Shown here: piece after piece, positions 46,740 through 55,274 of the stretch
Position numbering within the stretch: position 1 is the stretch's first letter
Layout of the letters: every line of letters starts with the position of its first letter
DNA from: a virus
Lineage: Duplodnaviria; Caudoviricetes
IMG/VR virus record: IMGVR_UViG_3300045781_000130
Location: 1 to 57,897 of that record
Length of the DNA stretch: 57,897 bases
Direction: 5' to 3' (one strand)
The notes under the pieces: generated by a model
The model's database searches: none
What the model was told of the DNA's origin: nothing
Seen by the model: the letters and a program-made list of their open reading frames with translations, nothing else
Position numbers and translations under genes: made by a program

Positions 46740-46912
46740 TCGCAAAGCCTCGACCCACAAAAGCCCAAGAATGGGTAGGAGAACAGGACAAAACAACAAT
46801 CTTACATACTACGCAATGTCTATACGCTCTTGTGCTGCGTTGCACGTTGCACCCATACGTTGCACGAAAGCCCAGCCTGCGTCGCACCAGCCCTCCCGCG
46901 TTGCAGGCCCAG

Positions 46913-46970
46913 CCTGGGGAGCACAGTTGCGTTGCACCTGGGGAGCACCTGGGGAGCACCTGGGGAGCAC
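46913..46970 (+). repeat. CCTGGGGAGCA x4 (three in tandem), iteron-like
   Basis: Read directly; several CGTTGCA repeats nearby (46838-46937). Confidence 0.85.
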
Positions 46971-47060
46971 AAAAAACCCCACGGAGGGGGAAATGCTCAG
47001 GCTAGCCCTGGGCTGCGTTTTTTACGATAGGAAAGGCAGGGGTTTCCCCCTGCCCTACGA

Positions 47061-47489
47061 TCATTTGAGGATATGGGTAATATCGCCGCCCTGCGGATTT
47101 TCCGCGATAAAGGCGGAAACGGCGGCCCATTTGGCTGGCGTGTTGTTTTCTAAGAAAACATATCCCCCGCCTACGGATGCTATTAGCTTTTTAGTCGCAG
47201 AGTTGTAATAATAGTTCATCCCACCGTTTTGGTAATAACTTTCAAACTGCCCTGCAGCCTTCATTTCCGCTGGATTTTCACATTCCCGAATGATGCGATA
47301 TATCGAACAGGACTCGTCAAAAACATAATCCCAACGTTTGAGGATTACTGGCTGCACGGAAAAACGGAAAATTGCTTTCGCGTTTTTCCGGCGTTCTTCC
47401 TTTTGCGCGGCTTCGGCGACTTCTGCAGCTCTCAATTCCACGCGGAGTCTTTCGATTTCAGACATTGGCTTTGATCCTAGAGAGGGCAA
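47061..47489 (-). CDS. Hypothetical early protein
   Basis: ORF between two hairpins; likely start MSEIER. Confidence 0.55.
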   Translation of the reverse strand: MPSLGSKPMSEIERLRVELRAAEVAEAAQKEERRKNAKAIFRFSVQPVILKRWDYVFDESCSIYRIIRECENPAEMKAAGQFESYYQNGGMNYYYNSATKKLIASVGGGYVFLENNTPAKWAAVSAFIAENPQGGDITHILK

Positions 47490-47516
47490 AAAAGACGGGG
47501 GATTTCTCCCCCGTCT
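47488..47516 (-). terminator. Intrinsic terminator
   Basis: GACGGGGGA/TCCCCCGTC hairpin plus T6 on the - strand. Confidence 0.75.
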
Positions 47517-47522
47517 ATTGTG

Positions 47523-48011
47523 TCACAGTCCCAAGTCGGAAAGGTCAATTTCCACGCTGGCCTGGGTCTTCATCCGCCGGTTGGCTTCCTTCGTGACCCT
47601 GTCATCATGCTTGGCGAGGAACGCCGCGACATACTTTCCGATGACCTCCGCCGACCCCTTGCCATTAGGCCAGGCCAGCTTCTTGGTCCCGAAGGCGGCC
47701 TTCAGCTCTTCGATAGCGATATCGAATTTCACCTTGTCGATGCCACGGAGCCTCGGGCCTTGTGTCCGCGTTCCGACTTCACCTTTCAAGATGTCATCAA
47801 AGCGCTCTTGCATCGCCGCGTTTAGCTCCGACTCGATCTCGGTTTCCGTCAAGACCTTGCCGGACTCGTTCGGTTCCGCCAGCGCCTTCCGCATCCCAGC
47901 CACGCTGTCTTGCAGGCTTTTCGCAAAGCCATATTGCAAGAGGTAGTCCCGGCCTTTGTCGGAAAGGTTCGCGGAGTCGAGGTCGAAATGCTTGTAGGTA
48001 AGATTTGCCAT
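47523..48011 (-). CDS. Early protein ending LSDLGL, paralogue of 33202-33765
   Basis: Has its own promoter and terminator. Confidence 0.7.
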   Translation of the reverse strand: MANLTYKHFDLDSANLSDKGRDYLLQYGFAKSLQDSVAGMRKALAEPNESGKVLTETEIESELNAAMQERFDDILKGEVGTRTQGPRLRGIDKVKFDIAIEELKAAFGTKKLAWPNGKGSAEVIGKYVAAFLAKHDDRVTKEANRRMKTQASVEIDLSDLGL

Positions 48012-48180
48012 TTTATGTTCCTAAAGGTTTAGGATCACAAAGGGCGTACCTTTGCACCATTGCAAAGGCTTATCCTTTGCGTCCAGGTTTACATTGTCAA
48101 AAAGCACAGAGGTTAGGCCCCTTACGCCATCCTTGGACTCCGTTTTGCCCCGAAAGGCTTTCCCGTCCGCCGATGAATTG

Positions 48181-48209
48181 AACCTAACACCGACCACGCT
48201 GCATGTCAA
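48181..48209 (-). promoter_or_regulatory. Sigma70-like early promoter
   Basis: TTGACA-17-TAGGTT. Confidence 0.6.
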
Positions 48210-48860
48210 CAGGCTTTTGGAAAATTTTGAAAGAAAGTTTTTGGCACACGTTCGGCGTCAGAAAGCCTTGTGGAATGGCACGGATCGGACAAGGCATAAT
48301 CCCCGATCCTTTCGCCTCATGCCCGCCCATGCCTTCCCTACGTCCCCCATGTCACGCCCCGATCATGCCGACCCGCCCAGATCCGTCATCACACCTTTAC
48401 CGCAAGAAATGTGTGCCAAGCCCCTTGACAATCCGCCAGCCTTCCTGTACACCAAGCTGTCACTAACGAAAGGGATTGGCCTCGCGCCATTGGCCCTGGC
48501 CTTTGCCCTAACCTACCTGATAGGAGCCTAACATGCGTGATGAACTCATCGCCTACGCCATTATCCTTTCTGAACCAGAGCCAGTCTGGGATGTCTTTGA
48601 CAAAGACATCGCTCGGATCGTTCGAGACTGGCCGGACATCATCTGGTGTTGACCCAATGGCCAGGGGATTACCCATCCCCTGGGCCTTTCCGCCCTGCGC
48701 CCGCGAAAGCTTAGGGGGGATGGTCCAGGTTCGACCATGAAGGAATGTTTTACTACTCACCGGGACACATTTTTGAAAAAATACCTGGACCCACGCGGGG
48801 GACGCAATGCTCCTTCGGAGCATCCCCATAAATTTTTCCCATCCTTTCCTCAGTAAAGGA

Positions 48861-48889
48861 TTGACACCGCCCCGAAGGGGAGTTATGGT
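48861..48889 (+). promoter_or_regulatory. Sigma70-like rightward promoter
   Basis: TTGACA-17-TATGGT. Confidence 0.6.
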
Positions 48890-49178
48890 AACTGCATGAT
48901 CCAACGTGACTTGGGCGAGGTTTCCGAAGGTAGACGAGGGTCTGCTAGAACCTTACCCTGGGGTTTATTCCGCAAGGTCCGGGTGGAGGGTGTGAGGAGG
49001 GCAGGAGCAAGGCTTTTGTCCTCCTTCTCTCGTGGAGGTTTGGATATGAGTGAAGTGCTCGGAATTATTGGAGGAGTCGGGGTCATCCTGGCACTGGTAG
49101 TGCTTGGAGTGATTGTGTTTGTAGCATCACTCACGAGATGGAACTAAAACCAGGCCCGCCTGGGCAGAAAGGCTCCCC

Positions 49179-49775
49179 ATGCTTGACCTTGACCAGTTGG
49201 TGCAAATAGGCTCCGCGAGGGGAGGGCGTAAGCCTTTCGCGCCCCTCGCCATTGAGGTTGTGAGGAAGTTGGGGGAGGATGATCTTCCTGCGATTCTCTC
49301 CCCGGCCCCGCTCGAGTGTGGGACCAGCGCGGTTAAAACCCTCCGCTCCTCCCACCACACCCTTGCCAGGCTTCTTGCGGAGGGGCGGCGGCCCGGCGAG
49401 TGCTCCGTCATAACCGGGTACTCCCAGTCGAGGATTTCAATCCTCCAGAACGACCCAGCTTTTCAAGAGCTCAAGGCTTACTACTCCTCCCAGCTGGAAC
49501 CAGTCTACCTGAATGTCCATGAGCGCCTGGCCCAGGTCGGCACGGATGCCTTGGAGGTGATCCAGGAGCGCCTCGATACCGACCCAGATGGGTTTAAGAA
49601 CTCGGAGTTGCTAGCGATTGTGGAGTCCACAATGGATCGCTCCGTCGCCCCCGCCAAGGGCGGCCCGCAGGCTCGCGGAGGGACTCCCGGGCCGGTGGCC
49701 GTACAGGTAACATTCGTTAACCACGAGGCCCCGCGAGGGATCGAGATGGAGGGAAGGGTAATTGAGAATGAGTAA
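49179..49775 (+). CDS. HTH protein, terminase small subunit candidate
   Basis: ARLLAEG..ITGYSQSRISILQNDPAF; VQVTFV C-terminal strand; near the start of the late region. Confidence 0.5.
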   Translation: MLDLDQLVQIGSARGGRKPFAPLAIEVVRKLGEDDLPAILSPAPLECGTSAVKTLRSSHHTLARLLAEGRRPGECSVITGYSQSRISILQNDPAFQELKAYYSSQLEPVYLNVHERLAQVGTDALEVIQERLDTDPDGFKNSELLAIVESTMDRSVAPAKGGPQARGGTPGPVAVQVTFVNHEAPRGIEMEGRVIENE

Positions 49776-50028
49776 TGTAGTTGGACTGGGAGGGGCGCCG
49801 GTGGTGTTGCCGGGGGAGCCAGATGAGAATATTGTGGATCTACTGGAGGGCCTTCTTGCAGATGCAAAGTCTGGGAAGATTGTAGCCCTTGGCGTAGCCT
49901 CAGTAGACCAAAACGGCTGGTGTCTAGCCAGTTATGCCTTGAACACCCATCGCTATACCCTGGCCGGGGCGATCTCCTCCCTCCAGTACACGCTCCAGCG
50001 AGATATCGAGGACTCCCATAATGATTGA
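49762..50028 (+). CDS. Hypothetical protein
   Basis: LEGLLADAKSGKI motif. Confidence 0.6.
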   Translation: MRMSNVVGLGGAPVVLPGEPDENIVDLLEGLLADAKSGKIVALGVASVDQNGWCLASYALNTHRYTLAGAISSLQYTLQRDIEDSHND

Positions 50029-50197
50029 GCGGGAATTACGGGAAGCTAGTGCCAGCCTTTTTGCGCTGAAAAAGAGGTTCCCTGCTGCGTTCTCGGGAGA
50101 GAACCACGTCCAGTTAACCCTCGCGATCAACTGTTTGAATAGTATCTTGGAGGATTTTGAAAAAGTCCACCTGGACCGCCCCGCCCCGACAAAGTAA
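50021..50197 (+). CDS. Small hypothetical protein (58 aa)
   Basis: RBS GAGG; MIERELREAS...; followed by a hairpin. Confidence 0.45.
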   Translation: MIERELREASASLFALKKRFPAAFSGENHVQLTLAINCLNSILEDFEKVHLDRPAPTK

Positions 50198-50198
50198 T

Positions 50199-50357
50199 GG
50201 CCCCAGAGATTTCCCCTGGGGCCTTAAACTGGAGGCTTCTGTCTGCGCGATTGTGGTGATCGTGGTTGTGGGTTGAGTGTGTGACCTTCGGGGCCGGTAG
50301 GAAAAAACTGGAAACCAAAGGGCGATGAGCTTGAGCCGAGGGCGTTATCTCATCAAT
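50199..50357 (-). ncRNA. Candidate antisense-oriented sRNA
   Basis: Promoter TTGACA-17-TATTCT at 50364-50392; ends at hairpin GGCCCCAG/CTGGGGCC; no convincing ORF. Confidence 0.4.
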
Positions 50358-50410
50358 GGGGAAAGAATAGCACATTCTCACCCCTTTGTCAAGTAGGTTT
50401 TAAAAAACTC

Positions 50411-50869
50411 ATGGGAAAGATTATAGGGCTTAGGTCTGCTGAGAAGTGCTTTCCTCCGAGCTTTGCAAGGAAAGTGAAGGCTACGGGAGCAAAAGCTGCG
50501 GGGTTAAGGTATGAAAGGGAGGTCGCAAGGGCGCTTCCGCTCGCCCTGCATGGCCAGTGGTTTTCCTATCTCGATGCCAATGGGCAGGGATACTGCCAGC
50601 CCGACCTCTTTTTTATCACTGATAAGGAGATCCTTGTCCTGGAAGTCAAACTCAAATGGACTCCTTCGGCCCTTTCCCAACTCCTTGACCTTTATTCCCC
50701 AATTCTTTCCCTCGTATACTCCCGTCCAATTCGTTGTGCTGTTATAACTAAAATCCTTACCCCTTCTTCTCCTCCCCCCTTCTCATCCATTGCGGCAGCT
50801 CTTACCTCACCCTCCCACACAATCCCCCTCATTCATTGGCTGGGCACAACTCCACTTCTCTCCCCTTGA
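50411..50869 (+). CDS. PD-(D/E)XK nuclease-like protein
   Basis: GLRYE..QPDL..LVLEVK..QL..Y. Confidence 0.6.
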   Translation: MGKIIGLRSAEKCFPPSFARKVKATGAKAAGLRYEREVARALPLALHGQWFSYLDANGQGYCQPDLFFITDKEILVLEVKLKWTPSALSQLLDLYSPILSLVYSRPIRCAVITKILTPSSPPPFSSIAAALTSPSHTIPLIHWLGTTPLLSP

Positions 50870-50927
50870 TTTTCGGCGTAGAATGTTCCTAGCCCCGCTC
50901 ATGGGGTTATTTCAAAGGAGTCTCCCC

Positions 50928-51101
50928 ATGAAGGACAAGAAATCACTGGGTTATACGGCCTCTCCATCCAAACCAGTCCCTAATGTAGCCTCGGCCCCTA
51001 TCGCCTCCAAAGGGGGAGAGTTTCCCCAAGCCGTTACTTATCTCAACAAAACTGTGAAGGGCAACCAGGGTGGCATCCACAAAATTTCTGGCAAGTGCTA
51101 A
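50928..51101 (+). CDS. Small basic protein
   Basis: RBS AAGGAG. Confidence 0.45.
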   Translation: MKDKKSLGYTASPSKPVPNVASAPIASKGGEFPQAVTYLNKTVKGNQGGIHKISGKC

Positions 51102-51131
51102 GAGGCACATTCTCTTTCAAGGATTGAAAAA

Positions 51132-51572
51132 ATGAGCGGATATGTCACAAATGGTGTGCCAAACTTTACTGGCGTTCTCACCGGCAATGAAACTGTTCTC
51201 ATGGACACGGAACTGACTGCTGGTCTGGCTCCGCAGTGTATCGCGGTGCAGACCAACCAGCTTCGTGCTAGGCAGTATCAACAGTCCTCGCCTCTCACTG
51301 GCGCCACTGTTCAGACGCTGCAGAGTGTCAACATCGTCCAAGTCACCCCGGCTGGTACCATCGCTGCGCTGACCTGGGTTCTCCCCGCTGCTCCTGTGGT
51401 GGATGGACAGACTGTGAAGCTGTTCTCCACGCAGATCATCACCTTGCTGACGATCAGTCCCTCTGCTGGCCAGACCATTAACGGTGCGGCTGTCACCTCC
51501 CTGGCCACGGCCAATACTGGTGTGGAATACGTTTACAGCGCCGCGAACTCCACTTGGTATCGCGTTAGCTAA
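51132..51572 (+). CDS. Head decoration/fibre-like protein
   Basis: LTGNETV..DT, TPAGTIAALT..LP..DGQ..TWYR. Confidence 0.55.
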   Translation: MSGYVTNGVPNFTGVLTGNETVLMDTELTAGLAPQCIAVQTNQLRARQYQQSSPLTGATVQTLQSVNIVQVTPAGTIAALTWVLPAAPVVDGQTVKLFSTQIITLLTISPSAGQTINGAAVTSLATANTGVEYVYSAANSTWYRVS

Positions 51573-51604
51573 TCGAGGGCTTGCCCTCTTTCAAGGAGAT
51601 TCCT

Positions 51605-52069
51605 GTGAAAAAAGTTCTTCTAGCTCTACTCATGGGAGTCTCTTTCCCTGCGTTTGCTCAGCAGACGGTCAAAAACTGTGCTTCTGGGCCTTCTGGCTCC
51701 TCCTGCTCCACCATCATGCTTCCACAGGTCAGCTCTGCAGTGGAGAGTTCTCATATCTTTAAGTCCACAGCAAGCACTGTTGTGGATTTCCAGGTCAATA
51801 ATACTTCTGCCTCCCTTGTCTGGGTGATGGTTTTTGATGCTTCAAGCCTCCCCTCCGCTGGGGCGGTTACAGCATGTACGACGGCAGCATCTGCCCGCCC
51901 ATGTGTGGCAAAATGGTACCAGGTCGCGGCGAATACGACCCTGGGGGTTTCCTGGAATCCAGGTCCATATCCATCCTTGCAAACTGGGCAGGTCATCGTG
52001 TGCTCTTCCTCCGGACCATATACCCTCACCTATGCCACTTCCTGCCTTTTTTCAGGAGAAGCGATGTGA
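51605..52069 (+). CDS. Signal-peptide beta-sandwich protein, 6 Cys
   Basis: RBS AAGGAG, GTG start, KKVLLALLMGVSFPAFA|Q. Confidence 0.65.
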   Translation: MKKVLLALLMGVSFPAFAQQTVKNCASGPSGSSCSTIMLPQVSSAVESSHIFKSTASTVVDFQVNNTSASLVWVMVFDASSLPSAGAVTACTTAASARPCVAKWYQVAANTTLGVSWNPGPYPSLQTGQVIVCSSSGPYTLTYATSCLFSGEAM

Positions 52070-53337
52070 ATAAGTTTTTCCTTATCTCGGCGTTTCTCTC
52101 GTGGGCGAGCATGGCGCAAGCTGAAGTCATCACTCTGACGCCTAGTGGTGGAGGCACGGGAGGGGGAACTCTTACCTCTGGGGCAACTCCAGTTTCTGGG
52201 TGCTCCCCAGGACAGTTCCTCTATAACAACTCTGGTCTTCTTGGTTGTCAGTCCGGCTCTGGCGGCATTGGCTCTCCCGGCACGACCGTCGTCGGCAACC
52301 TCGCTGCGTGGAACTCGACCACGGGCGCATCGCTGCTTGATACCGGCATCTCGGCGTCGAGCAATACGCTCACCGGGTCTAATTCTTCGGCGCTTGGCAT
52401 TGTGGCAGGCGTTGGGCAGCAGCTAAATATTGGTGGCAACGGAACTGCGTTTTACAAAATTAACGCAGTCAATAATTTTGTCCCGTTGACGACTAACACG
52501 GGCAACCTCGGTCTCGCCTCGTCGGCGTCTTGGTGGGCATCTGCCTCCATACAAACCCTCTATCTTGAGGGATCATCGACCGGCTACGACACGATCCAAT
52601 CAGGTACCAGCACAGGAACGTGGACCTATAAAACGCCTGCCGCGACCGGAACGGGCACCGATACGTTTGCAACCCTCGGCGCAGCGCAGACCTTCACCAG
52701 CGCTATCGGCTATTCATCCACAACCGCCTTTTCCGGCGCGGGCCTCGCCTCTCCCCCAGCCAATACCACAACGATCCTCGGCGGAACGGCGACATGGGCT
52801 CCGGGGACGAACGCAGGTGTACTCGGCATCGGCGGCTTGGTTGCGGCGCCTACATTCGGGGTCAACGGGCAGGGCGCAGTATATACGTCCGCCACAAACG
52901 GTTTGGTGCTCGGCGGGCAGGGATCAAGTAACAGCGTTACTCTCACCAGCATTTCTGGAGTGCCTGTCGCATTTATTGGTGCTTCCGGGTCCAACCGCCT
53001 TGTTGTCACCGGCCTTCAGTTATCTGGCTTCATGTATGCCTCTGGCACGGTGCCATCCGTTAATACTGGCACATGCACCACGCTTAATGCGGCCACTGGC
53101 GGTTCAATGGCCGGTAAATTCACCGTTAACACTACAGCATGTACAGTCGGTCAGACGATCATTCTTGCTGGTTTTACAGCAGTTGCGAATGGCTATAACT
53201 GCGACCTGAAAGACCTTACAACCCCAACGGCGGTTTTCAACCAGACAGCGCTTGCAACGACAAGCGCGACATTCACGCTTGCGGGCGTTAACACTGGAAC
53301 CACAGACATTCTTAGTTATAAATGCACGGGGTTCTGA
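52066..53337 (+). CDS. Signal-peptide fibre-like protein, 6 Cys
   Basis: RBS AGGAG, GTG start, NKFFLISAFLSWASMAQA|E; GNLAAWNSTTG fibre motif. Confidence 0.65.
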   Translation: MNKFFLISAFLSWASMAQAEVITLTPSGGGTGGGTLTSGATPVSGCSPGQFLYNNSGLLGCQSGSGGIGSPGTTVVGNLAAWNSTTGASLLDTGISASSNTLTGSNSSALGIVAGVGQQLNIGGNGTAFYKINAVNNFVPLTTNTGNLGLASSASWWASASIQTLYLEGSSTGYDTIQSGTSTGTWTYKTPAATGTGTDTFATLGAAQTFTSAIGYSSTTAFSGAGLASPPANTTTILGGTATWAPGTNAGVLGIGGLVAAPTFGVNGQGAVYTSATNGLVLGGQGSSNSVTLTSISGVPVAFIGASGSNRLVVTGLQLSGFMYASGTVPSVNTGTCTTLNAATGGSMAGKFTVNTTACTVGQTIILAGFTAVANGYNCDLKDLTTPTAVFNQTALATTSATFTLAGVNTGTTDILSYKCTGF

Positions 53338-53375
53338 CAATGCTGAAACGGCTTATTGCATAATAGGAGCTTCTC

Positions 53376-53810
53376 ATGACTGATTTTGTATATGCTGCAA
53401 AACTTATCTCTCATTTTGAGGGGTTTCTTCCTCATGCAAAATGGGATGTAAATGCTTATCGTCTGGGCTATGGTAGTGATACTGAAGGGCCAGAACAGCA
53501 CAAAGTCACTAAAGGTATGGTGACGACAGAGGCCAGAGCTCTTGCTAACCTCCAGGCCAGACTCCCACAGTTTGAGGAAGTTATCATCAGACAAATTGGG
53601 GGGCTTTGGGCTGATATCCCTAGTCATGCCAAAGGAGCCTTGCTGAGTGTTGCGTATAACTACGGGGACCTCCCTGAGAATGTAGTTCACGCAATCAAGA
53701 CTGGGAATCTTCACTCCATCTCTGCTGCTGTTGGGGCCCTGGCTGGAAATGACCACGGTGTGAACTCCCATCGTCGCTACGCTGAAGCTGCGATTATCAA
53801 AACTGCGTGA
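53376..53810 (+). CDS. Endolysin (phage lysozyme, GH24-like)
   Basis: FEGF..WD..LGYG, LLSVAYNYG, RRYAEA. Confidence 0.8.
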   Translation: MTDFVYAAKLISHFEGFLPHAKWDVNAYRLGYGSDTEGPEQHKVTKGMVTTEARALANLQARLPQFEEVIIRQIGGLWADIPSHAKGALLSVAYNYGDLPENVVHAIKTGNLHSISAAVGALAGNDHGVNSHRRYAEAAIIKTA

Positions 53811-53817
53811 GGGTGGT

Positions 53818-53928
53818 ATGAAATTCTTTTATCTTCTCTTCTTCGTCCTTCTTGCCGGTTGTGCTCAGCATAATGATTGGGGGGCGCTGACTCAGGTTGT
53901 CGGGCAGGAAATGCGTAAGAATCATTGA
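53818..53928 (+). CDS. Small lipoprotein (36 aa)
   Basis: MKFFYLLFFVLLAGC lipobox, directly after the endolysin. Confidence 0.6.
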   Translation: MKFFYLLFFVLLAGCAQHNDWGALTQVVGQEMRKNH

Positions 53929-53954
53929 CCCACGTTACAGAAAGCAAACGTGTG
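53929..53954. promoter_or_regulatory. 26-bp palindromic motif, copy 6 (just before the terL start)
   Basis: CCCACGTTACAGAAAGCAAACGTGTG. Confidence 0.85.
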
Positions 53955-53956
53955 TT

Positions 53957-55270
53957 ATGGCTGATCTAGTCATCAATGCTGATTTCCCTCCTGCCCTTGA
54001 GTGCCTGTTCCGTAAGGCCAGGTACAAGGTGTTGTACGGGGGGAGAGGCGGCGCGAAGTCTTGGGGAGCCGCGAGGGCTTTGCTTATTCGCGCTACCCAA
54101 CAAGAACTTCGCATCCTTTGTGCTCGTGAAATTCAAAATTCTATTAAAGAATCTGTGCATAAGCTTTTGTCAGACCAGGTTAAGGCTTTGGGGTTGCACG
54201 GTGTTTTTGAAATTCAGCGAGATGTAATTCGCTGTGTATCTACCGGGTCTGAGTTCTTTTTTGAGGGCATCAAACATAATTCAGATAAGGTGCGCTCTTA
54301 CGAGGGTATTGATATTTGCTGGGTGGAGGAGGCTCATCTTGTCTCCAAGGAATCCTGGGATGTGCTCATTCCTACGATACGTAAAACTGGGAGTGAGATT
54401 TGGATTACCTTCAACCCAGGGCTTAAGAGCGACGAGACCTATCAAAGATTTGTAGTCCACAAGAGACCCGAGTGGATTGTTAAAAAAATTTCTTGGAGAG
54501 ATAATCCTTGGTTCTCTCAAGAACTTATGGCGGAAATGGAGCATCTCAAAGAGAGAGACCCAGATGCATATTTGAATGTCTGGGAAGGGTTTTGTAAGCA
54601 AATCCTCGAAGGAGCTGTTTATGCTGGAGAACTTCGGGAGGCTCAAGCGGCAGGGCGTATCTGTGAAGTTCCTTATGACCGTACTTGTGCAGTTCATACA
54701 TTTTGGGATCTTGGTTGGGCGGACAAAACTGTTATTTGGTTTGCCCAAGCGGTGGGGTTCGAGTATCACATCATCGACTACTATGAAAACTCGCAAAAAG
54801 GTATTGACCACTATCTCGATGTTATCCAGGCCCGGGGTTATATCTACGGAGATGATTGGCTACCGCATGATGCGAGGGCGAAACAACTTGGAACCGGACG
54901 CAGCATTGAGGAACTCTTGCGAAGTAAAGGAAGAAAAGTAAGGATTGTTCCGAAACTCTCCATCGAAGATGGCATCAACGCTGCGCGAACTATCTTCCCT
55001 CAGTGTTACTTTGACGAGGAAAAATGTGGGGATGGGGTGGACGCGCTTAGGGCCTATCGGTATGAGTTAGTCAAAGGCACTCAAACATTCTCTCGCCAAC
55101 CCCTGCATGATTGGTCCTCTCACGCTGCTGATGGTTTTCGTATGCTCGCAGTGGGGCTGAAGGCTCCAAAAACTCCTCGCAATGGCAAGGAGAGAAATTT
55201 CATTGAAAAACTGAAAAATTGGGATGGGTTCTCTGGTGGCGGTCCTGACTCCCTTGGCTGGATGAGGTAA
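53957..55270 (+). CDS. terL: Terminase large subunit (PBSX/Sf6-like)
   Basis: YGGRGGAKS, CAREIQ, WVEEA, TFNP, WDLG, SHAADGFR. Confidence 0.93.
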   Translation: MADLVINADFPPALECLFRKARYKVLYGGRGGAKSWGAARALLIRATQQELRILCAREIQNSIKESVHKLLSDQVKALGLHGVFEIQRDVIRCVSTGSEFFFEGIKHNSDKVRSYEGIDICWVEEAHLVSKESWDVLIPTIRKTGSEIWITFNPGLKSDETYQRFVVHKRPEWIVKKISWRDNPWFSQELMAEMEHLKERDPDAYLNVWEGFCKQILEGAVYAGELREAQAAGRICEVPYDRTCAVHTFWDLGWADKTVIWFAQAVGFEYHIIDYYENSQKGIDHYLDVIQARGYIYGDDWLPHDARAKQLGTGRSIEELLRSKGRKVRIVPKLSIEDGINAARTIFPQCYFDEEKCGDGVDALRAYRYELVKGTQTFSRQPLHDWSSHAADGFRMLAVGLKAPKTPRNGKERNFIEKLKNWDGFSGGGPDSLGWMR

Positions 55271-55274
55271 GAAA

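Noticed and set aside
46913-46970. CRISPR mini-array
   Set aside because: The 11-bp units are mostly tandem without unique spacers; the Cas4-like nuclease belongs to the recombination module
46313-47208. ORFs with poly-Lys or poly-Phe across the A24 tract
   Set aside because: Low-complexity translations of non-coding repeats in several frames, with no RBS support
20512-48011. Lysogeny module or plasmid-prophage partition system
   Set aside because: No integrase, CI/Cro pair, ParA or Rep recognised, although a small part of the genome is missing
51874-52065. Upstream starts given in the ORF track (also 4457, 15494, 17997, 51581, 53897)
   Set aside because: Downstream starts mostly have better RBSs, avoid long overlaps, and in four cases expose the signal peptides
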